This document shows positions 38,172 through 47,935 of a stretch of DNA of 64,000 nucleotides, one piece after another; the stretch's first letter is position 1; every line of letters starts with the position of its first letter. Below the pieces are notes generated by a model. That model had not been told where the DNA came from and did no database searches. It was given only the letters and a program-made list of their open reading frames with translations. The position numbers and the translations under genes were made by a program. The stretch comes from a virus (lineage: Duplodnaviria; Caudoviricetes), in the IMG/VR virus record IMGVR_UViG_3300050581_000016, positions 12,299 to 76,298 of that record, one strand, 5' to 3'.

Positions 38172-38330
38172 ATGAAGTCGTGCAGCAACTGCTCGAATAG
38201 CAACTGGAACATTCCAGGCTCCCAGTGTCAGGACTGTCGAGGATACTCTCGATGGGCGAAGCGCCCAGAGAAGCCGAGATTCAACAAGGCGGCCTGGAAG
38301 GCGGCCCATTTCGATCAAAAGGAGAGTTGA
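38172..38330 (+). CDS. small Cys-rich protein
   Basis: CSNC...CQDC; GGAGG SD. Confidence 0.5.
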   Translation: MKSCSNCSNSNWNIPGSQCQDCRGYSRWAKRPEKPRFNKAAWKAAHFDQKES

Positions 38331-38893
38331 TGGCAGAGCGCAAGTATGACACGGCCCAGCTCGAAGCATGGCTCGACAAGTGGCAGCCCCGGTTGAAGCT
38401 CAGTGATTGGGACATCGACATCAAGTATTGCGACATCGGCGAGCTGAAAGGCGACATGGCTCGTATCGAATGGGACGACGGAAACCAGATCGCAGAGATC
38501 AGCGTGCTCCCCGAAGACCAGTATCAAACCAACAAGGGCATGATCCTATACGACGCAGAGGTCAGCATCGTTCACGAACTGGTTCATTTGCGATTGTCAG
38601 ACATCGAGCCCAAAGAGGGATATCACGAGGAGCGGGCCGTCAACGCCATCGCCCAGGCGCTTGTCTATACCGACAGGATGGTCGTCGAAGAGGCCAAGAA
38701 TGAAATGGAGAGGATCAGGAGTGCGCTGTCGGATGTCGTTGCAATGGGCGATGAAATCGTCTCCTATGCGAAGGCGGAAGTAAACGACAGCGGGCAGGTG
38801 GTCATCACGATCACACCCGTCAATAAAATTGATTGCACGAGCCCACCCGTTGATTTGAAAGACATCATCAAAGTAGTGAATTTCGAGCGCTGA
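38330..38893 (+). CDS. putative zinc metallopeptidase-fold protein
   Basis: HELVH (HExxH) followed by EERAVN. Confidence 0.55.
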   Translation: MAERKYDTAQLEAWLDKWQPRLKLSDWDIDIKYCDIGELKGDMARIEWDDGNQIAEISVLPEDQYQTNKGMILYDAEVSIVHELVHLRLSDIEPKEGYHEERAVNAIAQALVYTDRMVVEEAKNEMERIRSALSDVVAMGDEIVSYAKAEVNDSGQVVITITPVNKIDCTSPPVDLKDIIKVVNFER

Positions 38894-39116
38894 TAATCCA
38901 AGTCTTCAAACCAGTAGGCTTCACAGCCAAGAGGAAGACCGTTGGTGAAGCGCATCCATAGGGGCCTGCAACACGGCCCCTTTCTAAACATGAAGGCCAG
39001 AGCCGACCGTTCTGGCCTTTTTGCTTGGATTCAACCATTCAATCGAAGGAGCTGAAATTGACTGATTCAATTCAAACCCTTCACAAGCTGACCACTATTC
39101 AACCAAGGGGAGCGTC

Positions 39117-39785
39117 ATGGGTCGGGAACCCAAGAAGCCCAAGGAAAGGAAGGTTCCGAGGAACCTGAGCGCCGATACCTGGGTCGAGATACAGGCCCAG
39201 TGGGAAGCGGGAGTGCCTGGATCAGAGCTGGCGAGGAAGTACGGCTTGACGCCGTCTGCCATCACCCACAGAGCCAAGAAGGACGGCTGGCTCAGAGGGG
39301 CCTCCATCAAGACCAGGGCCATCGAAGAGGCCCGTCAGGAGGTCAAAGAGAAGCTCAAGGACACCTACAAAGACCTGGTCGAGAAGGCCAACGAGCAGCA
39401 CATGAAACTCGCCAACTACGGCGAGCAGTTCGGGATCATCCTCTGGAAAGAGCTTGAAATCAACATGAAGGCGCTCCAGAAGCAGCGCCTGGACATGGGT
39501 CACACTGACGAGAACCCCATCTGCCTGCATGACTTCGGCAAGATCAACGGCCAGTACAAGTCGATCTGGGAAACCCTGGAGAGTGTCGCCAGGTTCAAGC
39601 GCGACGTCCTGAAGATGGGCGAGCACAACTCGTGGATGAGCGACGAAGAGAACCAGGACTCCATCCAGCGGCTCAACGAAATCTTTGAGGAGGGGCGCAA
39701 GCGGTATGAGGAGGTGAGCGGGGATGCTGACAAGGAGGCCACGACAGCGGGCGAAGCTGTTCACCCCGATAATCCACCCAAATAG
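39117..39785 (+). CDS. terS: terminase small subunit
   Basis: N-terminal HTH (ELARKYGLTPSAITHRAKKDGW) directly upstream of terL. Confidence 0.75.
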   Translation: MGREPKKPKERKVPRNLSADTWVEIQAQWEAGVPGSELARKYGLTPSAITHRAKKDGWLRGASIKTRAIEEARQEVKEKLKDTYKDLVEKANEQHMKLANYGEQFGIILWKELEINMKALQKQRLDMGHTDENPICLHDFGKINGQYKSIWETLESVARFKRDVLKMGEHNSWMSDEENQDSIQRLNEIFEEGRKRYEEVSGDADKEATTAGEAVHPDNPPK

Positions 39786-41061
39786 CAAGTCTGAGGAATC
39801 ACTCTATCGCAGCACGAGGCGCCTCAACATCTGGGAGGGCAGCGTGCGGTCGGGCAAGACCATTTCCAGCATCCTTCGCTGGGTCAAATGGGTCGTGACC
39901 GAAGCCCCTGACGAGGGCGAGCTGCTCATGACCGGCAAGACCTACAAGACGATGGAGCGCAACGTCCTCAACCCGATCATCGACATGCTGGGAAGCCGGA
40001 ACGCCTGGTACAACCGAGGCACGGGCGAGTTCTTCATCCAGGGATGCAACCGGCCCATCAACATCATCGGGGCAAACGACGAGCGCTCCCAGGAGAAGAT
40101 TCGAGGCGCGACCATTTGCGGGGCCTACGGCGATGAGCTGACGCTCTGGCCCGAGTCCTTCTTCAAGATGCTGCTCTCCAGGTTGAGCGTCAAGGGCGCC
40201 AAGTTCTTCGGGACGACGAACCCCGACAGCCCGTATCATTGGCTCAAGAAGGAGTACATCAACCGGCAGCACGAGCTGGACATGGCCGTCTTCCACTTCA
40301 TTCTGGAAGACAACCCCTTCCTTGACCCAGACTACGTCTCGTCGCTCAAGAAAGAGTACACGGGCCTCTGGTACAAGCGCTTCATCGACGGCCTCTGGGT
40401 GCTGGCCGAGGGCGCCGTCTACGATATGTGGGACGACGACCTTCACACCCTGGACGTGCGGGCCATGCTCGAAGCGGACGTCAAGGGCGGCAGGCGAGGA
40501 CAGCCCAGGTTCAGGCGATACTTCGTGGCCATTGACTACGGCACGAACAACCCCTGTACGTTTGGCCTCTACGGCTTTGACAAGGGCGTCGTCACGATGG
40601 GCGGCAAGGCGATCATCCCGAAGGTCTACCTTGAGAGGGAATACTACTGGGACAGCAACGTCACGAGCAGACAGAAGACGGACGCCCAGTACGGCGACGA
40701 CTTCGTGAAGTGGCTGGGCGGCATCCGGCCCGAGGCCATCTACGTTGACCCCAGCGCCTTGAGTTTCATATCAGAGCTGCGGCACCGGGGCTACCGAGTG
40801 ACCGAGGCCAAGAACGACGTTCTGGACGGCATCCGGTTTGTCGGGAAGCTGCTGAGCGCCGGGAAGTTCCTGATCGACAAGTCCTGCGAACACACGACCG
40901 GCGAGTTCAGCGCCTACGTCTGGGACACCAAGGCCCAGGCACGGGGCGAGGACAAGCCCATCAAAGAACACGATCACGCGATGGATCGGAACAGGTACGG
41001 GCTTTACACCCACTTCTTCAGAGAGAATCCGACCCTGATCCACGGCTTCAACTTCAGGTGA
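39724..41061 (+). CDS. terL: terminase large subunit (PBSX/SPP1-like)
   Basis: EGSVRSGKT, YGDELT, TTNP, DNPFL, IDYGT.NP, YVDPSA, DHAMD. Confidence 0.95.
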   Translation: MLTRRPRQRAKLFTPIIHPNSKSEESLYRSTRRLNIWEGSVRSGKTISSILRWVKWVVTEAPDEGELLMTGKTYKTMERNVLNPIIDMLGSRNAWYNRGTGEFFIQGCNRPINIIGANDERSQEKIRGATICGAYGDELTLWPESFFKMLLSRLSVKGAKFFGTTNPDSPYHWLKKEYINRQHELDMAVFHFILEDNPFLDPDYVSSLKKEYTGLWYKRFIDGLWVLAEGAVYDMWDDDLHTLDVRAMLEADVKGGRRGQPRFRRYFVAIDYGTNNPCTFGLYGFDKGVVTMGGKAIIPKVYLEREYYWDSNVTSRQKTDAQYGDDFVKWLGGIRPEAIYVDPSALSFISELRHRGYRVTEAKNDVLDGIRFVGKLLSAGKFLIDKSCEHTTGEFSAYVWDTKAQARGEDKPIKEHDHAMDRNRYGLYTHFFRENPTLIHGFNFR

Positions 41062-41154
41062 TTCCCACTTTTGCCATCAAAACAGGGCGTGATTCCCACT
41101 TTCATTTGTTCACCCTCGGTAAAGCGGGAACGGAATTTTGAAAATTCCCACTTT
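41058..41154 (+). repeat. three direct repeats of ATTCCCACTTT
   Basis: GTGATTCCCACTTT at 41058 and 41089; ATTCCCACTTT at 41144. Confidence 0.7.
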
Positions 41155-41176
41155 GGGCCAATTTTGGAGGCAACCA

Positions 41177-41578
41177 ATGAATGAAGTTCCCGTCAAGCGA
41201 CACCGGCTTATCCTTGAGGGCTACGGATGCTCTGACGTGATCGTCCAGGACGTGCATGACTTCCTGATCGAGCTGACCGTGGCGCTCGACATGCGAATCC
41301 TCGTTCCGCCGATGATCGTCCAGGTGCCCATCGTGAAGCCCGCTCCAGGCATGGAGACGGAGGACATCGGCATCAGCGGGCAACTCATCTGGATGGAGTC
41401 TGGCTGCCAGGTGCATCAGTGGACGAAGCATGGGTTCGTCGCAGTGGACATCTTCAGTTGCAAAGCGTTCGCCCAGGCCAAGGCCGAAGACGTCTTCGAC
41501 AGATTTTTCCAGCCGATTACGCTTCGCAGTTGCGTCCCTGTCGTCCAACCCTATACGGCGGGCCTGGACATGCATTGA
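41177..41578 (+). CDS. speD: S-adenosylmethionine decarboxylase proenzyme-like protein
   Basis: H.LILE.YGC, G.SG..IWMES (pyruvoyl cleavage site), VH.W...F..VDIFSC.F. Confidence 0.7.
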   Translation: MNEVPVKRHRLILEGYGCSDVIVQDVHDFLIELTVALDMRILVPPMIVQVPIVKPAPGMETEDIGISGQLIWMESGCQVHQWTKHGFVAVDIFSCKAFAQAKAEDVFDRFFQPITLRSCVPVVQPYTAGLDMH

Positions 41579-41651
41579 GGCGCCGAATTTGGCCCGAATT
41601 AGCCACTTTCTGATGGCGCCCCATACCGTGAACCACTTAAAGGATGGCATC

Positions 41652-41825
41652 ATGGCAACTTCTAGCAATATCGGGCTGTTATTGAAGGCCGTCATTCTGA
41701 AGGCGGGCGGCACCGTCAAACTCACTGACGAGGACATCGACAAGGCCAAGAACGTGAGGCTCGAAGCGGGGCGCTTCATGGACGACCCAGATTCCCTGGT
41801 GATCCGCATCAAGGAGGGCTTTTGA
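41652..41825 (+). CDS. small hypothetical protein
   Basis: AGGA SD; 57 aa. Confidence 0.5.
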   Translation: MATSSNIGLLLKAVILKAGGTVKLTDEDIDKAKNVRLEAGRFMDDPDSLVIRIKEGF

Positions 41826-42061
41826 TTGGACGGCGTGAAGACAATGATCTGGCAGATTTTTGCCCTGGCATTTGCGGGCACGATCCTGTTGAACAGCGCC
41901 AAGGCCCTGTTCGGGCTTTGATGAGGCGCCACATGGTCAAGTGCGAGAAGCCTGATTGCAGGCTGTTCTATCAAGGCGAGTACAAGTGCCTTTGGTGCAA
42001 ATGGTTTAAACGACTTCGGCCCGACCGCTACGAGCCGATCAAACAGCATAGGGAGGCATCA

Positions 42062-42454
42062 ATGAAGAAGCATCTGATCGCCCTGGCGCTCGCTCTCGTC
42101 TTGCTCTTGCCGATGGCGGCCCAAGCTGCCGGGGTCACGGTCTTGGACTTGAGCTGGCAGCCCAACACGGAGTTGAACCTCGCGGGCTACAAGATTTACC
42201 TTCGGAACGCTCATGTGCCGAGTCAGACCATTCTGTTGAAGACAGTGGGCAAGAAGGCCAGCAACATCCCAACGCTGACGTTCACGCTTCCAAGCAGCGG
42301 GACGTATGTCCTGGTGATGACGGCGTTCAACCAGGCTGGAGTCGAAGGGCTTCCGAGCGCCCCTGCAATCAATCGAGCAACCGGAAAGAGGGCCTCGTGG
42401 AGCGCAAAGGGCGCTGTTCCTGCAACCGTCAAAGGATTGGGTTTCGCCCAGTAA
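42062..42454 (+). CDS. exported fibronectin type III-like protein
   Basis: Signal peptide ending AQA; LSWQP..LAGYKIY; Y..VMTAFN..G.E..PS. Confidence 0.7.
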   Translation: MKKHLIALALALVLLLPMAAQAAGVTVLDLSWQPNTELNLAGYKIYLRNAHVPSQTILLKTVGKKASNIPTLTFTLPSSGTYVLVMTAFNQAGVEGLPSAPAINRATGKRASWSAKGAVPATVKGLGFAQ

Positions 42455-42464
42455 GGAGAGTCAC

Positions 42465-42854
42465 TTGAAAAGATTTCTGTTCGCAATTCTAGCCTGCATC
42501 TGCGCGATCTGCATGCCCTTGACGGCCTATGCCGGGACGACCCCGGTCACACTGGTCTGGGACGCCGTGAGCGCCACCGATCTGGGAGGCTACAACGTCT
42601 GGTTTGTGGACAAGTACGGCGCCCTGCCCTCGGTCAAGCTGGCAAGCGTCGGCAAGGTCACGACCGCGAGCGTAGAGTGCCCGGAGGTCGTAGGCTCAGG
42701 CGCCTTCCAGCTCAAGGTGACGGCCTTTGACGTGGCGACCCAGCCCAACGAAAGCGCCATGAGCGCACCGGCTGTTAAGGCTGACGGCAGCATCTTCGAG
42801 CTGTTTGACCTCACGCCTCCGGCAGCCCCAAAGAACGTCAAGGTCACAAACTAG
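42465..42854 (+). CDS. exported fibronectin type III-like protein (paralog)
   Basis: Signal peptide ending AYA; LVWDA..DLGGYNVW; VTAFD..NES..S; PPAAPKNVKV. Confidence 0.7.
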   Translation: MKRFLFAILACICAICMPLTAYAGTTPVTLVWDAVSATDLGGYNVWFVDKYGALPSVKLASVGKVTTASVECPEVVGSGAFQLKVTAFDVATQPNESAMSAPAVKADGSIFELFDLTPPAAPKNVKVTN

Positions 42855-42866
42855 ACAGGAGGCCAG

Positions 42867-43148
42867 ATGATAGAGAACATACTCATTATGATCGCGGTCA
42901 TGACGGCATCCATCGGCTCGCTGGTGGTTCTTGCGTTTTGCAGGATGGCAAGAATCAGCGAGGCGCTGGGCAACATCGCACACATGATGCACGGCCAGTG
43001 TCAGGTTCAATATCAAAGCGCAGACCTACTGCTCAGGCTGGCCAATGCCGAGGCAGAGCGCCTCAAGCTCGCTAAGGCGTCGGCAAACGCCATCGTTGAG
43101 GCGGTCGTGGGCAAGCAGGCCCAGAACAAACCCGACAGCATCAATTAA
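42867..43148 (+). CDS. membrane-anchored hypothetical protein
   Basis: N-terminal TM segment followed by a coiled coil. Confidence 0.6.
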   Translation: MIENILIMIAVMTASIGSLVVLAFCRMARISEALGNIAHMMHGQCQVQYQSADLLLRLANAEAERLKLAKASANAIVEAVVGKQAQNKPDSIN

Positions 43149-43159
43149 GGAGACGACAC

Positions 43160-44692
43160 ATGGCGGACTCAGCCATCAAGAACGCGAAAGTCGGAAGCCT
43201 GTTGACGCGGGTGCATCCGAAGCATGCCGAGTACAGTTTGTCGTGGGTGTTCTTCCTTGAGAGCTACCTGGGCGGGCCGTCATACCTGAGCAAGCACCTG
43301 TTTCAGTATTTCAAGGAGGGCGACGAGGAGTTCGCGGCAAGGAAAGACCGAGCCTACAGGGAGAACCATACCAAGCGGGTCGTTGACCTTGTCAACTCCT
43401 ACCTGTTCAAACAGGAGGCTGGGCGGTCGAGCGACAACGCCCTGGTCAAGAAGTTCTGGGAGAACTTTGACGGGCGCGGCGGCAAGGTCGGGCGCTTCAT
43501 GAAGAAGGCGTCGGTCTTTGCGAGCATCATGGGAAGGGTCTACATCGTGTGCGACAAGCGGGGCCTGCCCGAAGAGAGACAGACCGGCACCCAGCTTGAC
43601 AATTTGCAGTCAGAGGCTCAGCCCTACTGCTACTTGGTCTATCCACAGGACTTGCTCGACGTGGGACTTGACGACCAGGGCAGAATGCGGTGGGCGGTCA
43701 TAAGGGAATACAAGAGGGACGACGATGACCCGTTTCATTCTACGGGCGACGTCCAGCCCAACTACCGCTTCTGGACGCGAGACGAGTGGACGCTCTATGA
43801 CGAGTCGGGCCAAGAGATTGGCGGCGGCCATCACGGGCTTGGCATGGTTCCCATCGTGACGCTCGACAGCGAGGAGCAGGACGACTACACGGGTCAGAGC
43901 CTGGTTGGGGATGTGGCCTATCTCGACAGGGCAATCATGAACAACTGGTCGCGCCTGGATGTCGTCGTGAACGACCAGACCTTCAGCCAACTGATCTTCC
44001 CCGTCGAGGGCCTGCCCGCCGATATCATGGAAGACAAGGAGCTGCGGGAGAAGTTCCTGACCCTGGCGACCAACCGCGTCATTTTGTACTCGGCCCAGGC
44101 CCAGGCGGCCCCGAGTTTCATCAGCCCTGACGCCTCCCAGGCCACTTTCATTCTGGAAATGATCCAGACCCAGGTGAAGCAGCTCTACGCGAGCATGGGC
44201 CTACAGGGCGAAACCGGCGTTGAAGTCAAGACCCAATCCGGCGTGTCGAAGGGCTACGACTTCGAGAAGCTCAACAAGCTCCTGGCCAATAAGGCCGACA
44301 ACCTGGAGCAGGCCGAGGATAAGATTCTGGACATTTTCAGGGGCTGGATGGGCGGCATCAATGCCGAGGCGAAGGTTGAGTATCCTGACGAGTTCGATGT
44401 CAAGAGTCTTTCCGACGAGATCACGATGGCCCAGGAGCTGACCCTCATGGGCATCAGCGAAACATTCACCAAGGAGCTTCACAAGAGCATCGCGGCCAAG
44501 GTTCTGAACAAGACCGACCAGCCCACGATGCAAAAGATCAATCAGGAGATCGACGACAGGGACATTGCTGCCGAAGAGGCTGCCAAGAAGCCGGTCTTCG
44601 ACTTCGACCAGCAAGGGAAGCCACCGGCACCTGGCGATCAGAAGATTAAGCCCGGAGACCAGAAGATTGACCAGAAGAAAAGGCGGCCCTGA
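43160..44692 (+). CDS. portal protein
   Basis: 510 aa downstream of terL; ENHTKRVVD, HGLGMVPIV, SGVSKGYDF (SPP1-like). Confidence 0.85.
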   Translation: MADSAIKNAKVGSLLTRVHPKHAEYSLSWVFFLESYLGGPSYLSKHLFQYFKEGDEEFAARKDRAYRENHTKRVVDLVNSYLFKQEAGRSSDNALVKKFWENFDGRGGKVGRFMKKASVFASIMGRVYIVCDKRGLPEERQTGTQLDNLQSEAQPYCYLVYPQDLLDVGLDDQGRMRWAVIREYKRDDDDPFHSTGDVQPNYRFWTRDEWTLYDESGQEIGGGHHGLGMVPIVTLDSEEQDDYTGQSLVGDVAYLDRAIMNNWSRLDVVVNDQTFSQLIFPVEGLPADIMEDKELREKFLTLATNRVILYSAQAQAAPSFISPDASQATFILEMIQTQVKQLYASMGLQGETGVEVKTQSGVSKGYDFEKLNKLLANKADNLEQAEDKILDIFRGWMGGINAEAKVEYPDEFDVKSLSDEITMAQELTLMGISETFTKELHKSIAAKVLNKTDQPTMQKINQEIDDRDIAAEEAAKKPVFDFDQQGKPPAPGDQKIKPGDQKIDQKKRRP

Positions 44693-44787
44693 AGGCAGCC
44701 TAGCACGAACCGTAGAAGTTCATTGTGAGGCCCGTCAGGCAGGTTCTGACGGGCTTTTTCATTCAACCTTAACAGGAGACAGGCAAC

Positions 44788-45579
44788 ATGACGGAAGAGG
44801 AAAAGAAGGCCCTTGAGGAGAAGGAAAGGCTGGAGGCCGAGCGCAAGAAAAAGGAGCAGGAGGACAAGACCTACTCCGAAGCTTACGTCAAGGGCATTCG
44901 GGACGAGGCGGCCAAGTACCGCACGAAGCTCCGTGACGTCGAGGAACGGCTGTCCAAGTTCGACGGGATCGACCCAGCCGAGCTGCTCAAGCTCAAGGAA
45001 GAGAAAGAGCTGGCCGAGAAGAGGAAGCTCGAAGAGCAGGGCAAGTGGGAAGAGCTGAAGACCAACATGGTCAAGGCGCACCAGGACGAGCTGGCCAAGA
45101 AGGACGAGGCCATCAAGCAGGCCCAGGTGAAGTATGAGGCCCTGGAGGCCCAGTACAACGACGCGATCCTGACCAACGCCATCGCGGTGGAAGCCTCGAT
45201 GGCCAAGGCCCTGAATCCGTCCGTCCTGAAGCTGGTCGTGGCCCAGGAGGCCAAGGTCGAAGTGCTGGAGAACGGGCAGCGGGTCATCAAGCTCTACAAG
45301 CCCGATGGCCAGGTGAAGCTCGACATGAAAACCGGCGAGCCGCTCTCGATCAAGCAGCGTCTGGAAGAGATGAAGCAGGACTCCGAGTACGCCATGCTCT
45401 TTGAAGGGGCGACGGGCGGCGCTGGCAGCAACACCTCCCAGGGCACCCAGAAGAACGTGAACCCCTGGAAGAAGGAAACCTTCAACCTCACGAAACAGGG
45501 CCAGATTTATCGGGAGAATCCCGAATTGGCCAAGCGACTCGCAGCCGAGGCGGGCGCCACCATCGGCTACGGCGCGTAG
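44788..45579 (+). CDS. capsid scaffolding protein
   Basis: Coiled coil, RDEAAKYR, NPWKKETFNLT.Q; lies before the MCP. Confidence 0.8.
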   Translation: MTEEEKKALEEKERLEAERKKKEQEDKTYSEAYVKGIRDEAAKYRTKLRDVEERLSKFDGIDPAELLKLKEEKELAEKRKLEEQGKWEELKTNMVKAHQDELAKKDEAIKQAQVKYEALEAQYNDAILTNAIAVEASMAKALNPSVLKLVVAQEAKVEVLENGQRVIKLYKPDGQVKLDMKTGEPLSIKQRLEEMKQDSEYAMLFEGATGGAGSNTSQGTQKNVNPWKKETFNLTKQGQIYRENPELAKRLAAEAGATIGYGA

Positions 45580-45730
45580 CACATCACCACGGATTAAGGG
45601 CGGGCTGGTTCCCGCCCCTTCCTTTTGGCTTGATGCCACCTCCACCGGCATGACGCCGGGGCAACTCGTTTTTCAAACCAATCCAAACCAATAGCAACAC
45701 CACTCAAAAGTCCAAAAGGAGGACATTGAA

Positions 45731-46741
45731 ATGGCTGCGACCAAAGTTAGCGACATCATCATTCCCGACGTATGGGTTCCCTACGTCATTCAGCGCACGA
45801 TGGAAAAGAGCGCCCTCATCCAGAGCGGCATCGTCGTGCCCAACGCCGTTTTTGACGAACTGGCCAGAAAGGGCGGCAACCTCATCAACATGCCTTATTT
45901 CAGCGATCTGAGCGGCGACGACGAAGTGCTGTCCGATTCTCTGGCTCTGTCGCCTGGAGCCATCGGAACCGCTCAGGATGTGGCCGTTCTGCACATGAGA
46001 GGCCGCGCCTGGGGCGTGAACGATCTGGCCAAGGCCCTGTCCGGTGACGATCCCATGAGCGCCATCGCCGACCTCGTGGCGAGCTACTGGAATCGGCGCG
46101 AGCAGGCTCTTCTGTTCGCCACCCTCAAGGGCATCTTCACCACGGCCCTGGCTTCCACGCACGTCAAGGACGTCGCAGTCGAGGCCGGTGCGAGCGCGAC
46201 GGAAGACAACCTGATCGGCGGCACCGTGGTCATCGACGCGGCGACCCTTCTTGGCGACGAAGCCGAGGGCCTGACCGCAATGGCCATGCACTCCGTTCCG
46301 TTCAGCAGGCTTCAGAAGCTGAGCCTGATCGAGTACGTCGAACTCGACAGCAACGGCAAGCGCGTTGAGGCGAAGTCTGCCGAAACGATCACCGTCCCGA
46401 TGTTCCTGGGCAAGCGCGTGATCGTGGACGATACCTGTCCCAAGGTTGCCGGTTCGACCAGCGGGTACAAGTACACCACCTATCTCTTTGGCCCCGGAGC
46501 CATCGCGCGTGGTGAAGGCAACGCCCCCGTTCCGGTTGAAACCGACCGCGACAGCCTGGCCGGTGAGGACTATCTCATCCATCGGCGCCATTTCGTGCTG
46601 CACCCCAGAGGGGTCAAGTACAACAAGGCGTCTCAGGCTGGACAGGCCCCGACCAATGCCGAATGCGAAACCGGCTCCAACTGGACGAAAGTCTGGGAAG
46701 CCAAGGCCATTCGCATAGTCAAGCTCGTGACCAACGGCTAA
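45731..46741 (+). CDS. major capsid protein
   Basis: TKVSDIIIPDVW, G..INMPYF.DL.GD, R.RAWGVNDLA, GDDPM.AI, HPRG. Confidence 0.9.
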   Translation: MAATKVSDIIIPDVWVPYVIQRTMEKSALIQSGIVVPNAVFDELARKGGNLINMPYFSDLSGDDEVLSDSLALSPGAIGTAQDVAVLHMRGRAWGVNDLAKALSGDDPMSAIADLVASYWNRREQALLFATLKGIFTTALASTHVKDVAVEAGASATEDNLIGGTVVIDAATLLGDEAEGLTAMAMHSVPFSRLQKLSLIEYVELDSNGKRVEAKSAETITVPMFLGKRVIVDDTCPKVAGSTSGYKYTTYLFGPGAIARGEGNAPVPVETDRDSLAGEDYLIHRRHFVLHPRGVKYNKASQAGQAPTNAECETGSNWTKVWEAKAIRIVKLVTNG

Positions 46742-46795
46742 TCACCTGTTAAGGGCCGGGAAACCGGCCCTTGCGCCTAAAGAAGGAGCAATATC

Positions 46796-47215
46796 ATGGC
46801 AGGACACGATGATTTTCCGGTGGGAAGCTCTTTTGAGGATCGCTACCTCATGCAGCGAGCCATGTGCGGTGACATGGTTTTCTCGATCACGCCCGCAACC
46901 GTTGCCGGAGTCGCAGGCACAGGCAAGGCGGCGTCCAGTAGGACCGTCACCATTGAACTGAAGACGGCGGACGGCGAAGTGCATCACTGGTTTAACAAGG
47001 CCATCGCCAATGGCGTGAGCATCGCAGATACCACGACTCCAGCGGCAACCATCCCGAGCACTACCCTGACCTTCGTGAAGGGCGTGGCAACGGTTGTAAT
47101 CACCCTTCCCGAGGGTGATTACGTCGCGGATCAAACCAACACCCTGACCGTGGCTCAGGCAACCGTCCTCGGATACACCATCGCACAGAAGACGAGCGTT
47201 CAGACCTTCGCGTAA
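46796..47215 (+). CDS. Ig-like/decoration virion protein
   Basis: Beta-rich, Thr-rich protein after the MCP. Confidence 0.55.
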   Translation: MAGHDDFPVGSSFEDRYLMQRAMCGDMVFSITPATVAGVAGTGKAASSRTVTIELKTADGEVHHWFNKAIANGVSIADTTTPAATIPSTTLTFVKGVATVVITLPEGDYVADQTNTLTVAQATVLGYTIAQKTSVQTFA

Positions 47216-47286
47216 ATCTTCAGCAGCAACCATTAAGGGCTGGGCAACCGGCCCTTTATTTTCAGGAGACAATAAGGAGATTTGAC

Positions 47287-47436
47287 ATGGGCTTGGCAGG
47301 ATTCAATCGAGCGAGGCGGCTCGCGGCAGAGAAAGAGGCCCAGGAGCAGGCGTCCAAGAAGAAAACCAAGCGCACCAAGGCGGCCAAAGAACCCCAGGCG
47401 CCCCAGGAAGCCGAAACATCGGTCGAGAAGGAATAG
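47287..47436 (+). CDS. small charged head-associated protein
   Basis: MGLAGFNRARR...; 49 aa ORF read by eye, with GGAG SD. Confidence 0.55.
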   Translation: MGLAGFNRARRLAAEKEAQEQASKKKTKRTKAAKEPQAPQEAETSVEKE

Positions 47437-47452
47437 CCACGGGAGGTAGATC

Positions 47453-47935
47453 ATGGCCGTAACAGTTGACGCAACCAAGGGCGGGCTGAACTCGAACAGC
47501 TACGCCACCGTCGAAGAGGCCGACGCTTTCCTCAACACCATCTACGGGGCCGACGAATGGGCGTCGCTGGGCGCCGACGACAAGGCCAGACTTTTGATAA
47601 CGGCAACAAGATTCATTGACAGGCTCTCCGTGACCTACTCCAGCATCGACGTCAGTCAGGCCCTGAACTTCCCATTGGACACCGGAAGCCTGGACGGCGA
47701 CGACGGCTTCGCGCAGGCAAAGCGGGCCTGCATCATCCAGGCGTTCTATTTGTTCCGAAACAACGACACCATCGGAGAGGCCCAGAACATGGCCATCCAG
47801 GGCGTCAAGCAGGAGGGCATCGGGCCGACCAACAAGATCATCACCGGCTTCAACTCGATGCGGAAATACGACCCAGATGTCTATCGGATACTTGGCCGGT
47901 TCCTCTACCTGGACTTCAAGATCGGGAGGGGATGA
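47453..47935 (+). CDS. head-tail adaptor (DnaT-like domain)
   Basis: NSYATVEEADAF, DDKARLLITATRFID, QALNFP. Confidence 0.75.
   Translation: MAVTVDATKGGLNSNSYATVEEADAFLNTIYGADEWASLGADDKARLLITATRFIDRLSVTYSSIDVSQALNFPLDTGSLDGDDGFAQAKRACIIQAFYLFRNNDTIGEAQNMAIQGVKQEGIGPTNKIITGFNSMRKYDPDVYRILGRFLYLDFKIGRG

Noticed and set aside
39724-39785. terS/terL overlap as a frameshift error
   Set aside because: terL has its own ATG and SD with an intact N-terminus leading to the Walker A motif, and such overlaps are common
41822-42061. Cys-rich N-terminal extension of the first FN3 protein
   Set aside because: A strong GGAGG SD and a clean signal peptide begin at 42062; the upstream in-frame stretch is probably separate or non-coding
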